NCBI GenBank assembly: GCA_964016885.1
Contig: OZ024740.1
Location: forward strand, 141,236,001 to 141,300,000
Length of the DNA: 64,000 nucleotides
Source of the DNA: Eledone cirrhosa
Lineage: Eukaryota
Direction of reading: 5' to 3'
Within the stretch, counting starts at the first letter, position 1. Every line of letters starts with the position of its first letter. Below the pieces are notes generated by a model. It ran no database searches and was not told where the DNA came from. It saw only the letters and a program-made list of their open reading frames with translations. Both the position numbers and the translations under genes were made by a program. This document shows, piece after piece, positions 13,254-27,357 of this stretch.

Positions 13254-14358
13254 AAATGAAATCGTAATTGACAATATGCACAGAAATTGAAGAGAGACTG
13301 TGTTACAGTCTTTTATAATCAGTAAAGTAATCGATGATTCATTTCAAAAAGACGATATTATATATAAACTGCGTTACGGTGAAATGTAATGAAAACGAAA
13401 AAGGAGAAAATTAGCCCCAGAAATATAAACATTATGATATAACGATGCAAATATATGAATGTTTATATAAGCGATATGTGATATAGCGTCCGTTATATCA
13501 TAACCGGAAGTATTGACATTTGAAAATTTCAGAAGAAGAGAAACTTAAAATAAGCAATCATTATATAAAAGAATATTAATGTGAAATCAACAGCTACGAA
13601 ATTTTGTACATAAATTATGTAATATTCATTATTTATTCAAAGTAATCCAACTTATTTTACTAACGGGATTAAAAATTATAAAACGGACGCTATCCCGTAC
13701 TCCTCCCTTTATGATATATAGATTCTTTCAATTTTGGTATTACGTAATACCAAAGTTGTTATTGTTTTAGATAGATTATTACTGTTTGGCCTCAATTTAG
13801 TAATGGATGAATAGATTTAATGAAAAGCATTTCTGTTATCATATGTTTGTTTTGGGGATTTTCTTCTTTCTAATGTTCCGTTAGGTTAGTGAAGACGAAT
13901 GACAGTTGCAGCACTGATTTTTCATTCCAGTCATACTGAGCACTCTGCAGTCAAACCTAACAAGTGCACGTCGGAGTTCCCCTTCTGACGAGGTGAATAA
14001 TACCATGTCGTCTGCATATTCCAGCCGACTGATCCAACACACGTCAGTCATGATATCACTTCCAACACAGCTGTGCATGTCAATCTTATTCATGGAGATT
14101 ATGAACAGATGTGAGAGTATGCACCCTTGGCAGAGTCCGACTCACATATTGAATGGTTTCGATTTAGTACCATCTATCTGAACACATACTCGGTTATTCG
14201 CATCAGGGCACAGAAAAACTGTCCATCCATCTCACACTCCTTCAGAACCTTCCACATCGCGTCCCTTGGAACAAGGTCGTATGGCTTTCCGGGGACTACA
14301 ATGGAGGAGTTTATTTTAAAATACATTACATACTATATATGAAATAAGCGAAGTGTAA

Positions 14359-14429
14359 GCATCGGTGGTTCAGTGGTAGAATGCTCGCCTGCCACGCGGG
14401 CGGCCCGGGTTCGATTCCCGGTCGATGCA
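14359..14429 (+). tRNA. tRNA-Gly-GCC: tRNA-Gly(GCC), acceptor G-U variant
   Basis: Single C>T (CCCGGTCGATGCA); fold intact. Confidence 0.93.
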
Positions 14430-15004
14430 TGTTGTTTTTTTTATTATTTTATTGTTTGGCATCAATTTACTTTTGAAATGAATAGATTTGATGAGAAGCG
14501 CTTCTGTTGTTAACGTCTGTTTCTTTTTAGTTTGTTTGTTTTTTCATCTCTCGTGTTCCGATAGGTTAGTGAGAACGACTGTGTCCATCATCGCGGCATT
14601 GATTTTCATTGCAGAGGTGCAACACTCGGCATCAAATCTATCAAGCGCATATCGGAGATCCTCTCCTGACGAGTTAAATAACACCTTGTCGTCTGCATAT
14701 TCCAGCCGACTGCACCTACACCCTCCAGTCATGATATCACTTTCAAACCAGCTGCTCATGTCAACGTGGAATGTGGTGGTGGGCCTTTTCGAGGTCTACA
14801 AGAAAAGAATTTTATCTTCACTTTTATCCTTTTAAATGAATAAATTATTTTATATAAATTATTTTATATAATCGGACACTAAAAATTATTTTTTAAAGGT
14901 TGTTGTTCTTTAGCCTTGAGTCTAAGATACTGCAAATAACTTTATTTCACAAGAAGTCCGTTAATCAGTAATGTTTTTATTGAATACAGGTGCGTTTTGT
15001 GTGG

Positions 15005-15067
15005 GCATCGGTGGTAGAATGCCCGCCTGCCACGCGGGTGGTCCAGGTTACATTCCCTACCGATGCA
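15005..15067 (+). pseudogene. tRNA-Gly D-arm-deleted pseudogene
   Basis: Array copy of 146-208. Confidence 0.88.
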
Positions 15068-15676
15068 TTTATAAAATTAGCGGTTGTTGTGCGTGGTTTT
15101 GTATTTATTTTCTTTGTTTTTTTATGCTGTTATTTCATCCTAGGATAATTTGGTTGAGCAGACATTTCTCGGGGGTGTTCCAGTAGTTGTTATCCAATTT
15201 TTATATATTTACGGGTCCTGTCCCACGGCGCAGCGCGCTGCCCCTTACATCAAGTGTCTTGTACTATAGGCTCTGGTTCACCAATGCATTGTCATTGAAA
15301 TTTAGAAGACGGAATCAGCAGAAGCTCGTTTTGTCTGAGTGTGGAAGTATATACGATATATTAATGTATAATGATATAGAATATATATATGTCACGCTAG
15401 GAATGTTTTAAGCCGTCATTTCTAATGAATTCAAATTACTGATGATGTATAAATATTTTGAAATACTCGTGTCTGATGTTCTCTCGGGACAATTGAAATA
15501 GCTGTGACATGATCACCACTGAAAACATTCTTAGCGAGACATCTATATGTTTAGCGTTCTTGAAAATGTCGTATATTCTCTAATATACATCTCTATTATG
15601 AATCCGGTTGTGTTTGTGTTGCACATAACACACACATAAGCAATGTGTTACTTAAATACCACACCAAGCGTTGTGA

Positions 15677-15730
15677 GCATCGGTGGTTCAGTGGAAGAAT
15701 GCTCGCCTGCCACGGGGTCGGCCCGGGTTC
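15677..15730 (+). pseudogene. 3'-truncated tRNA-Gly
   Basis: Array copy of 815-868. Confidence 0.87.
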
Positions 15731-16834
15731 AAATGAAATCGTAATTGACAATATGCACAGAAATTGAAGAGAGACTGTCTTACAGTCTTTTGTAATCAGT
15801 AAAGTAATCCATGATTCATTTCAAAAAGACGATATTATATATAAACTGCGTTACGGTGAAATGTAATGAAAACGAAAAAGGAGAAAATTAGCCACAGAAA
15901 TATAAACGTTATGATATAACGATGCAAATATATGAATGTTTATATAAGCGATATGTGATATAGCGTCCGTTATATCATAACCGGAAGTATTGACATTTGA
16001 AAATTTCAGAAGAAGAGAAACTTAAAATAAGCAATCATTATATAAAAGAATATTAATGTGAAATCAACAGCTACGAAATTTTGTACATAAATTATGTAAT
16101 ATTCATTATTTATTCAAAGTAATCCAACTTATTTTACTAACGGGATTAAAAATTATAAAACGGACGCTATCCCGTACTCCTCCCTTTATGATATATAGAT
16201 TCTTTTAATTTTGGTATTACGTAATACCAAAGTTGTTATTGTTTTAGATAGATTATTACTGTTTGGCCTCAATTTAGTAATGGATGAATAGATTTAATGA
16301 AAAGCATTTCTGTTATCATATGTTTGTTTTGGGGATTTTCTTCTTTCTAATGTTCCGTTAGGTTAGTGAAGACGAATGACAGCTGCAGCACTGATTTTCA
16401 TTCCAGTCATACTGAGCACTCTGCAGTCAAACCTAACAAGTGCACGTCGGAGTTCCCCTTCTGACGAGGTGAATAATACCATGTCGTCTGCATATTCCAG
16501 CCGACTGATCCAACACACGTCAGTCATGATATCACTTCCAACACAGCTGTGCATGTCAATCTTATTCATGGAGATTATGAACAGATGTGAGAGTATGCAC
16601 CCTTGGCAGAGTCCGACTCACATATTGAATGGTTTCGATTTAGTACCATCTATCTGAACACATACTCGGTCATTGGCATCAGGGCACAGAAAAACTGTCC
16701 ATCCATCTCACACTCCTTCAGAACCTTCCACAGCGCGTCCCTTGGAACAAGGTCGTATGGCTTTCCGGGGACTACAATGGAGGAGTTTATTTTAAAATAC
16801 ATTACATGCCATATATGAAATAAGCGAAGTGTGA

Positions 16835-16905
16835 GCATCGGTGGTTCAGTGGTAGAATGCTCGCCTGCCACGCGGGCGGCCCGGGTTCGATTCCCGGCCG
16901 ATGCA
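16835..16905 (+). tRNA. tRNA-Gly-GCC: tRNA-Gly(GCC), canonical
   Basis: Identical to 1974-2044. Confidence 0.97.
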
Positions 16906-17479
16906 TGTTGTTTTTTTTATTATTTTATTGTTTGGCATCAATTTACTTTTGAAATGAATAGATTTGATGAGAAGCGCTTCTGTTGTTAACGTCTGTTTAT
17001 TTTTTGTTTGTTTGTTTTTCATCTCTAGTGTTCCGATAGGTTAGTGAGAACGACAGTGTCCATCATCGCGGCATTGATTTTCATTGCAGAGGTGCAACAC
17101 TCGGCATCAAATCTATCAAGCGCATATCGGAGATCCTCTCCTGACGAGTTAAATAACACCTTGTCGTCTGCATATTCCAGCCGACTGAACCTACACCCTC
17201 CAGTCATGATATCACTTTCAAACCAGCTGCTCATGTCAACGTGGAATGTGGTGGTGGGCCTTTTCGAGGTCTACAAGGAAAGAATTTTATCTTCACTTTT
17301 ATCCTTTTAAATGAATAAATTATTTTATATAAATTATTTTATATAATCGGACACTAAAAATTATTTTTTAAAGGTTGTTGTTCTTTAGCCGTGAGTCTAA
17401 GATACTGCAAATAACTTTATTTCACAAGAAGTCCGTTAATCAGTAATGTGTTTATTAAATACAGGTGCGTTTTGTGTGG

Positions 17480-17542
17480 GCATCGGTGGTAGAATGCCCG
17501 CCTGCCACGCGGGTGGTCCAGGTTACATTCCCTACCGATGCA
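17480..17542 (+). pseudogene. tRNA-Gly D-arm-deleted pseudogene
   Basis: Array copy of 146-208. Confidence 0.88.
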
Positions 17543-18151
17543 TTTATAAAATTAGCGGTTGTTGTGCGTGGTTTTGTATTTATTTTCTTTGATTTTTTAT
17601 GTTGTTATTTCATCCTAGGATAATTTGGTTGAGCAGACATTTCTCGGGGGTGTTCCAGTAGTTGTTATCCAATTTTTATATATTTACGGGTCCTGTCCCA
17701 CGGCGCAGCGCGCTGCCCCTTACATCAAGTGTCTTGTACTATAGGCTCTGGTTCACCAATGCATTGTCATTGAAATTTAGAAGACGGAATCAGCAGAAGC
17801 TCGTTTTGTCTGAGTGTGGAAGTATATACGATATATTAATGTATAATGATATAGAATATATATATATCACGCTAGGAATGTTTTAAGCCGTCATTTCTAA
17901 TGAATTCAAGTTACTGATGATGTATAAATATTTTGAAATACTCGTGTCTGATGTTCTCTCGGGACAACTGAAATAGCTGTGACATGATCACCACTGAAAA
18001 CATTCTTAGCGAGACATCTATATGTTTAGCGTTCTTGAAAATGTCGTATATTCTCTAATATACATCTCTATTATGAATCCGGTTGTGTTTGTGTTGCACA
18101 TAACACACACATAAGCAATGTGTTACTTAAATACCACACCAAGCGTTGTGA

Positions 18152-18205
18152 GCATCGGTGGTTCAGTGGAAGAATGCTCGCCTGCCACGGGGTCGGCCCG
18201 GGTTC
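18152..18205 (+). pseudogene. 3'-truncated tRNA-Gly
   Basis: Array copy of 815-868. Confidence 0.87.
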
Positions 18206-19309
18206 AAATGAAATCGTAATTGACAATATGCACAGAAATTGAAGAGAGACTGTCTTACAGTCTTTTGTAATCAGTAAAGTAATCCATGATTCATTTCAAA
18301 AAGACGATATTATATATAAACTGCGTTACGGTGAAATGTAATGAAAACGAAAAAGGAGAAAATTAGCCACAGAAATATAAACGTTATGATATAACGATGC
18401 AAATATATGAATGTTTATATAAGCGATATGTGATATAGCGTCCGTTATATCATAACCGGAAGTATTGACATTTGAAAATTTCAGAAGAAGAGAAACTTAA
18501 AATAAGCAATCATTATATAAAAGAATATTAATGTGAAATCAACAGCTACGAAATTTTGTACATAAATTATGTAATATTCATTATTTATTCAAAGTAATCC
18601 AACTTATTTTACTAACGGGATTAAAAATTATAAAACGGACGCTATCCCGTACTCCTCCCTTTATGATATATAGATTCTTTTAATTTTGGTATTACGTAAT
18701 ACCAAAGTTGTTATTGTTTTAGATAGATTATTACTGTTTGGCCTCAATTTAGTAATGGATGAATAGATTTAATGAAAAGCATTTCTGTTATCATATGTTT
18801 GTTTTGGGGATTTTCTTCTTTCTAATGTTCCGTTAGGTTAGTGAAGACGAATGACAGCTGCAGCACTGATTTTCATTCCAGTCATACTGAGCACTCTGCA
18901 GTCAAACCTAACAAGTGCACGTCGGAGTTCCCCTTCTGACGAGGTGAATAATACCATGTCGTCTGCATATTCCAGCCGACTGATCCAACACACGTCAGTC
19001 ATGATATCACTTCCAACACAGCTGTGCATGTCAATCTTATTCATGGAGATTATGAACAGATGTGAGAGTATGCACCCTTGGCAGAGTCCGACTCACATAT
19101 TGAATGGTTTCGATTTAGTACCATCTATCTGAACACATACTCGGTCATTGGCATCAGGGCACAGAAAAACTGTCCATCCATCTCACACTCCTTCAGAACC
19201 TTCCACAGCGCGTCCCTTGGAACAAGGTCGTATGGCTTTCCGGGGACTACAATGGAGGAGTTTATTTTAAAATACATTACATGCCATATATGAAATAAGC
19301 GAAGTGTGA

Positions 19310-19380
19310 GCATCGGTGGTTCAGTGGTAGAATGCTCGCCTGCCACGCGGGCGGCCCGGGTTCGATTCCCGGCCGATGCA
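19310..19380 (+). tRNA. tRNA-Gly-GCC: tRNA-Gly(GCC), canonical
   Basis: Identical to 1974-2044. Confidence 0.97.
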
Positions 19381-19954
19381 TGTTGTTTTTTTTATTATTT
19401 TATTGTTTGGCATCAATTTACTTTTGAAATGAATAGATTTGATGAGAAGCGCTTCTGTTGTTAACGTCTGTTTATTTTTTGTTTGTTTGTTTTTCATCTC
19501 TAGTGTTCCGATAGGTTAGTGAGAACGACAGTGTCCATCATCGCGGCATTGATTTTCATTGCAGAGGTGCAACACTCGGCATCAAATCTATCAAGCGCAT
19601 ATCGGAGATCCTCTCCTGACGAGTTAAATAACACCTTGTCGTCTGCATATTCCAGCCGACTGAACCTACACCCTCCAGTCATGATATCACTTTCAAACCA
19701 GCTGCTCATGTCAACGTGGAATGTGGTGGTGGGCCTTTTCGAGGTCTACAAGGAAAGAATTTTATCTTCACTTTTATCCTTTTAAATGAATAAATTATTT
19801 TATATAAATTATTTTATATAATCGGACACTAAAAATTATTTTTTAAAGGTTGTTGTTCTTTAGCCGTGAGTCTAAGATACTGCAAATAACTTTATTTCAC
19901 AAGAAGTCCGTTAATCAGTAATGTGTTTATTAAATACAGGTGCGTTTTGTGTGG

Positions 19955-20017
19955 GCATCGGTGGTAGAATGCCCGCCTGCCACGCGGGTGGTCCAGGTTA
20001 CATTCCCTACCGATGCA
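19955..20017 (+). pseudogene. tRNA-Gly D-arm-deleted pseudogene
   Basis: Array copy of 146-208. Confidence 0.88.
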
Positions 20018-20626
20018 TTTATAAAATTAGCGGTTGTTGTGCGTGGTTTTGTATTTATTTTCTTTGATTTTTTATGTTGTTATTTCATCCTAGGATAATT
20101 TGGTTGAGCAGACATTTCTCGGGGGTGTTCCAGTAGTTGTTATCCAATTTTTATATATTTACGGGTCCTGTCCCACGGCGCAGCGCGCTGCCCCTTACAT
20201 CAAGTGTCTTGTACTATAGGCTCTGGTTCACCAATGCATTGTCATTGAAATTTAGAAGACGGAATCAGCAGAAGCTCGTTTTGTCTGAGTGTGGAAGTAT
20301 ATACGATATATTAATGTATAATGATATAGAATATATATATATCACGCTAGGAATGTTTTAAGCCGTCATTTCTAATGAATTCAAGTTACTGATGATGTAT
20401 AAATATTTTGAAATACTCGTGTCTGATGTTCTCTCGGGACAACTGAAATAGCTGTGACATGATCACCACTGAAAACATTCTTAGCGAGACATCTATATGT
20501 TTAGCGTTCTTGAAAATGTCGTATATTCTCTAATATACATCTCTATTATGAATCCGGTTGTGTTTGTGTTGCACATAACACACACATAAGCAATGTGTTA
20601 CTTAAATACCACACCAAGCGTTGTGA

Positions 20627-20680
20627 GCATCGGTGGTTCAGTGGAAGTATGCTCGCCTGCCACGGGGTCGGCCCGGGTTC
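20627..20680 (+). pseudogene. 3'-truncated tRNA-Gly
   Basis: Array copy of 815-868. Confidence 0.87.
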
Positions 20681-21785
20681 AAATGAAATCGTAATTGACA
20701 ATATGCACAGAAATTGAAGAGAGACTGTGTTACAGTCTTTTATAATCAGTAAAGTAATCCATGATTCATTTCAAAAAGACGATATTATATATAAACTGCG
20801 TTACGGTGAAATGTAATGAAAACGAAAAAGGAGAAAATTAGCCCCAGAAATATAAACATTATGATATAACGATGCAAATATATTAATGTTTATATAAGCG
20901 ATATGTGATATAGCGTCCGTTATATCATAACCGGAAGTATTGACATTTGAAAATTTCAGAAGAAGAGAAACTTAAAATAAGCAATCATTATATAAAAGAA
21001 TATTAATGTGAAATCAACAGCTACGAAATTTTGTACATAAATTATGTAATATTCATTATTTATTCAAAGTAATCCAACTTATTTTACTAACGGGATTAAA
21101 AATTATAAAACGGACGCTATCCCGTACTCCTCCCTTTATGATATATAGATTCTTTCAATTTTGGTATTACGTAATACCAAAGTTGTTATTGTTTTAGATA
21201 GATTATTACTGTTTGGCCTCAATTTAGTAATGGATGAATAGATTTAATGAAAAGCATTTCTGTTATCATATGTTTGTTTTGGGGATTTTCTTCTTTCTAA
21301 TGTTCCGTTAGGTTAGTGAAGACGAATGACAGTTGCAGCACTGATTTTTCATTCCAGTCATACTGAGCACTCTGCAGTCAAACCTAACAAGTGCACGTCG
21401 GAGTTCCCCTTCTGACGAGGTGAATAATACCATGTCGTCTGCATATTCCAGCCGACTGATCCAACACACGTCAGTCATGATATCACTTCCAACACAGCTG
21501 TGCATGTCAATCTTATTCATGGAGATTATGAACAGATGTGAGAGTATGCACCCTTGGCAGAGTCCGACTCACATATTGAATGGTTTCGATTTAGTACCAT
21601 CTATCTGAACACATACTCGGTTATTCGCATCAGGGCACAGAAAAACTGTCCATCCATCTCACACTCCTTCAGAACCTTCCACATCGCGTCCCTTGGAACA
21701 AGGTCGTATGGCTTTCCGGGGACTACAATGGAGGAGTTTATTTTAAAATACATTACATACTATATATGAAATAAGCGAAGTGTAA

Positions 21786-21856
21786 GCATCGGTGGTTCAG
21801 TGGTAGAATGCTCGCCTGCCACGCGGGCGGCCCGGGTTCGATTCCCGGTCGATGCA
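21786..21856 (+). tRNA. tRNA-Gly-GCC: tRNA-Gly(GCC), acceptor G-U variant
   Basis: Same single C>T as 14359 copy. Confidence 0.93.
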
Positions 21857-22431
21857 TGTTGTTTTTTTTATTATTTTATTGTTTGGCATCAATTTACTTT
21901 TGAAATGAATAGATTTGATGAGAAGCGCTTCTGTTGTTAACGTCTGTTTATTTTTAGTTTGTTTGTTTTTTCATCTCTCGTGTTCCGATAGGTTAGTGAG
22001 AACGACTGTGTCCATCATCGCGGCATTGATTTTCATTGCAGAGGTGCAACACTCGGCATCAAATCTATCAAGCGCATATCGGAGATCCTCTCCTGACGAG
22101 TTAAATAACACCTTGTCGTCTGCATATTCCAGCCGACTGCACCTACACCCTCCAGTCATGATATCACTTTCAAACCAGCTGCTCATGTCAACGTGGAATG
22201 TGGTGGTGGGCCTTTTCGAGGTCTACAAGAAAAGAATTTTATCTTCACTTTTATCCTTTTAAATGAATAAATTATTTTATATAAATTATTTTATATAATC
22301 GGACACTAAAAATTATTTTTTAAAGGTTGTTGTTCTTTAGCCTTGAGTCTAAGATACTGCAAATAACTTTATTTCACAAGAAGTCCGTTAATCAGTAATG
22401 TTTTTATTGAATACAGGTGCGTTTTGTGTGG

Positions 22432-22494
22432 GCATCGGTGGTAGAATGCCCGCCTGCCACGCGGGTGGTCCAGGTTACATTCCCTACCGATGCA
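22432..22494 (+). pseudogene. tRNA-Gly D-arm-deleted pseudogene
   Basis: Array copy of 146-208. Confidence 0.88.
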
Positions 22495-23103
22495 TTTATA
22501 AAATTAGCGGTTGTTGTGCGTGGTTTTGTATTTATTTTCTTTGTTTTTTTATGCTGTTATTTCATCCTAGGATAATTTGGTTGAGCAGACATTTCTCGGG
22601 GGTGTTCCAGTAGTTGTTATCCAATTTTTATATATTTACGGGTCCTGTCCCACGGCGCAGCGCGCTGCCCCTTACATCAAGTGTCTTGTACTATAGGCTC
22701 TGGTTCACCAATGCATTGTCATTGAAATTTAGAAGACGGAATCAGCAGAAGCTCGTTTTGTCTGAGTGTGGAAGTATATACGATATATTAATGTATAATG
22801 ATATAGAATATATATATGTCACGCTAGGAATGTTTTAAGCCGTCATTTCTAATGAATTCAAATTACTGATGATGTATAAATATTTTGAAATACTCGTGTC
22901 TGATGTTCTCTCGGGACAATTGAAATAGCTGTGACATGATCACCACTGAAAACATTCTTAGCGAGACATCTATATGTTTAGCGTTCTTGAAAATGTCGTA
23001 TATTCTCTAATATACATCTCTATTATGAATCCGGTTGTGTTTGTGTTGCACATAACACACACATAAGCAATGTGTTACTTAAATACCACACCAAGCGTTG
23101 TGA

Positions 23104-23157
23104 GCATCGGTGGTTCAGTGGAAGAATGCTCGCCTGCCACGGGGTCGGCCCGGGTTC
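23104..23157 (+). pseudogene. 3'-truncated tRNA-Gly
   Basis: Array copy of 815-868. Confidence 0.87.
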
Positions 23158-24261
23158 AAATGAAATCGTAATTGACAATATGCACAGAAATTGAAGAGAG
23201 ACTGTCTTACAGTCTTTTGTAATCAGTAAAGTAATCCATGATTCATTTCAAAAAGACGATATTATATATAAACTGCGTTACGGTGAAATGTAATGAAAAC
23301 GAAAAAGGAGAAAATTAGCCACAGAAATATAAACGTTATGATATAACGATGCAAATATATGAATGTTTATATAAGCGATATGTGATATAGCGTCCGTTAT
23401 ATCATAACCGGAAGTATTGACATTTGAAAATTTCAGAAGAAGAGAAACTTAAAATAAGCAATCATTATATAAAAGAATATTAATGTGAAATCAACAGCTA
23501 CGAAATTTTGTACATAAATTATGTAATATTCATTATTTATTCAAAGTAATCCAACTTATTTTACTAACGGGATTAAAAATTATAAAACGGACGCTATCCC
23601 GTACTCCTCCCTTTATGATATATAGATTCTTTTAATTTTGGTATTACGTAATACCAAAGTTGTTATTGTTTTAGATAGATTATTACTGTTTGGCCTCAAT
23701 TTAGTAATGGATGAATAGATTTAATGAAAAGCATTTCTGTTATCATATGTTTGTTTTGGGGATTTTCTTCTTTCTAATGTTCCGTTAGGTTAGTGAAGAC
23801 GAATGACAGTTGCAGCACTGATTTTCATTCCAGTCATACTGAGCACTCTGCAGTCAAACCTAACAAGTGCACGTCGGAGTTCCCCTTCTGACGAGGTGAA
23901 TAATACCATGTCGTCTGCATATTCCAGCCGACTGATCCAACACACGTCAGTCATGATATCACTTCCAACACAGCTGTGCATGTCAATCTTATTCATGGAG
24001 ATTATGAACAGATGTGAGAGTATGCACCCTTGGCAGAGTCCGACTCACATATTGAATGGTTTCGATTTAGTACCATCTATCTGAACACATACTCGGTTAT
24101 TCGCATCAGGGCACAGAAAAACTGTCCATCCATCTCACACTCCTTCAGAACCTTCCACATCGCGTCCCTTGGAACAAGGTCGTATGGCTTTCCGGGGACT
24201 ACAATGGAGGAGTTTATTTTAAAATACATTACATACTATATATGAAATAAGCGAAGTGTAA

Positions 24262-24332
24262 GCATCGGTGGTTCAGTGGTAGAATGCTCGCCTGCCACGC
24301 GGGCGGCCCGTGTTCGATTCCCGGTCGATGCA
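24262..24332 (+). tRNA. tRNA-Gly-GCC: tRNA-Gly(GCC) variant (T-stem G>T plus acceptor G-U)
   Basis: CCCGTGTTCGATTCCCGGTCGATGCA. Confidence 0.8.
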
Positions 24333-24907
24333 TGTTGTTTTTTTTATTATTTTATTGTTTGGCATCAATTTACTTTTGAAATGAATAGATTTGATGAGAA
24401 GCGCTTCTGTTGTTAACGTCTGTTTATTTTTAGTTTGTTTGTTTTTTCATCTCTCGTGTTCCGATAGGTTAGTGAGAACGACTGTGTCCATCATCGCGGC
24501 ATTGATTTTCATTGCAGAGGTGCAACACTCGGCATCAAATCTATCAAGCGCATATCGGAGATCCTCTCCTGACGAGTTAAATAACACCTTGTCGTCTGCA
24601 TATTCCAGCCGACTGAACCTACACCCTCCAGTCATGATATCACTTTCAAACCAGCTGCTCATGTCAACGTGGAATGTGGTGGTGGGCCTTTTCGAGGTCT
24701 ACAAGGAAAGAATTTTATCTTCACTTTTATCCTTTTAAATGAATAAATTATTTTATATAAATTATTTTATATAATCGGACACTAAAAATTATTTTTTAAA
24801 GGTTGTTGTTCTTTAGCCGTGAGTCTAAGATACTGCAAATAACTTTATTTCACAAGAAGTCCGTTAATCAGTAATGTGTTTATTAAATACAGGTGCGTTT
24901 TGTGTGG

Positions 24908-24970
24908 GCATCGGTGGTAGAATGCCCGCCTGCCACGCGGGTGGTCCAGGTTACATTCCCTACCGATGCA
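24908..24970 (+). pseudogene. tRNA-Gly D-arm-deleted pseudogene
   Basis: Array copy of 146-208. Confidence 0.88.
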
Positions 24971-25579
24971 TTTATAAAATTAGCGGTTGTTGTGCGTGGT
25001 TTTGTATTTATTTTCTTTGATTTTTTATGTTGTTATTTCATCCTAGGATAATTTGGTTGAGCAGACATTTCTCGGGGGTGTTCCAGTAGTTGTTATCCAA
25101 TTTTTATATATTTACGGGTCCTGTCCCACGGCGCAGCGCGCTGCCCCTTACATCAAGTGTCTTGTACTATAGGCTCTGGTTCACCAATGCATTGTCATTG
25201 AAATTTAGAAGACGGAATCAGCAGAAGCTCGTTTTGTCTGAGTGTGGAAGTATATACGATATATTAATGTATAATGATATAGAATATATATATGTCACGC
25301 TAGGAATGTTTTAAGCCGTCATTTCTAATGAATTCAAATTACTGATGATGTATAAATATTTTGAAATACTCGTGTCTGATGTTCTCTCGGGACAATTGAA
25401 ATAGCTGTGACATGATCACCACTGAAAACATTCTTAGCGAGACATCTATATGTTTAGCGTTCTTGAAAATGTCGTATATTCTCTAATATACATCTCTATT
25501 ATGAATCCGGTTGTGTTTGTGTTGCACATAACACACACATAAGCAATGTGTTACTTAAATACCACACCAAGCGTTGTGA

Positions 25580-25633
25580 GCATCGGTGGTTCAGTGGAAG
25601 AATGCTCGCCTGCCACGGGGTCGGCCCGGGTTC
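25580..25633 (+). pseudogene. 3'-truncated tRNA-Gly
   Basis: Array copy of 815-868. Confidence 0.87.
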
Positions 25634-26712
25634 AAATGAAATCGTAATTGACAATATGCACAGAAATTGAAGAGAGACTGTCTTACAGTCTTTGTAATCA
25701 GTAAAGTAATCCATGATTCATTTCAAAAAGACGATATTATATATAAACTGCGTTACGGTGAAATGTAATGAAAACGAAAAAGGAGAAAATTAGCCCCAGA
25801 AATATAAACGTTATGATATAACGATGCAAATATATGAATGTTTATATAAGCGATATGTGATATAGCGTCCCTTATATCATAACCGGAAGTATTGACATTT
25901 GAAAATTTCAGAAGAAGAGAAACTTAAAATAAGCAATCATTATATACAAGAATATTAATGTGAAATCAACAGCTACGAAATTTTGTACATAAATTATGTA
26001 ATATTCATTATTTATTCAAAGTAATCCAACTTATTTTACTAACGGGATTAAAAATTATAAAACGGACGCTATCCCGTACTCCTCCCTTTATGATATATAG
26101 ATTCTTTTAATTTTGGTATTACGTAATACCAAAGTTGTTATTGTTTTAGATAGATTATTACTGTTTGGCCTCAATTTAGTAATGGATGAATAGATTTAAT
26201 GAAAAGCATTTCTGTTATCATATGTTTGTTTTGGGGATTTTCTTCTTTCTAATGTTCCGTTAGGTTAGTGAAGACGAATGACAGCTGCAGCACTGATTTT
26301 CATTCCAGTCATACTGAGCACTCTGCAGTCAAACCTAACAAGTGCACGTCGGAGTTCCCCTTCTGACGAGGTGAATCCAACACTGATCCAACACACGTCA
26401 GTCATGATATCACTTCCAACACAGCTGTGCATGTCAATCTTATTCATGGAGATTATGAACAGATGTGAGAGTATGCACCCTTGGCAGAGTCCGACTCACA
26501 TATTGAATGGTTTCGATTTAGTACCATCTATCTGAACACATACTCGGTTATTCGCATCAGGGCACAGAAAAACTGTCTATCCATCTCACACTCCTTCAGA
26601 ACCTTCCACATCGCGTCCCTTGGAACAAGGTCGCATGGCTTTCCGGGGACTACAATGTAGGAGTTTATTTTAAAATACATTACATGCTATATATGAAATA
26701 AGCGAAGTGTAA

Positions 26713-26783
26713 GCATCGGTGGTTCAGTGGTAGAATGCTCGCCTGCCACGCGGGCGCCCCGGGTTCGATTCCCGGCCGATGCA
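26713..26783 (+). tRNA. tRNA-Gly-GCC: tRNA-Gly(GCC), variable-loop G>C variant
   Basis: GCGGGCGCCCCGGGTTCGATT; stems intact. Confidence 0.9.
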
Positions 26784-27357
26784 TGTTGTTTTTTTAATTA
26801 TTTTATTGTTTGGCATCAATTTACTTTTGAAATGAATAGATTTGATGAGAAGCGCTTCTGTTGTTAACGTCTGTTTATTTTTTGTTTCATTGTTTTTCAT
26901 CTCTAGTGTTCCGATAGGTTAGTGAGAACAACTGTGTCCATCATCGCGGCATTGATTTTCATTGCAGAGGTGCAACACTCGGCATCAAATCTATCAAGCG
27001 CATATCGGAGATCCTCTCCTGACGAGTTAAATAACACCTTGTCGTCTGCATATTCCAGCCGACTGAACCTACACCCTCCAGTCATGATATCACTTTCAAA
27101 CCAGCTGCTCATGTCAACGTGGAATGTGGTGGTGGGCCTTTTCGAGGTCTACAAGAAAAGAATTTTATCTTCACTTTTATCCTTTTAAATGAATAAATTA
27201 TTTTATATAAATTATTTTATATAATCGGACACTAAAAATTATTTTTTAAAGGTTGTTGTTCTTTAGCCTTGAGTCTAAGATACTGCAAATAACTTTATTT
27301 CACAAGAAGTCCGTTAATCAGTAATGTTTTTATTGAATACAGGTGCGTTTTGTGTGG

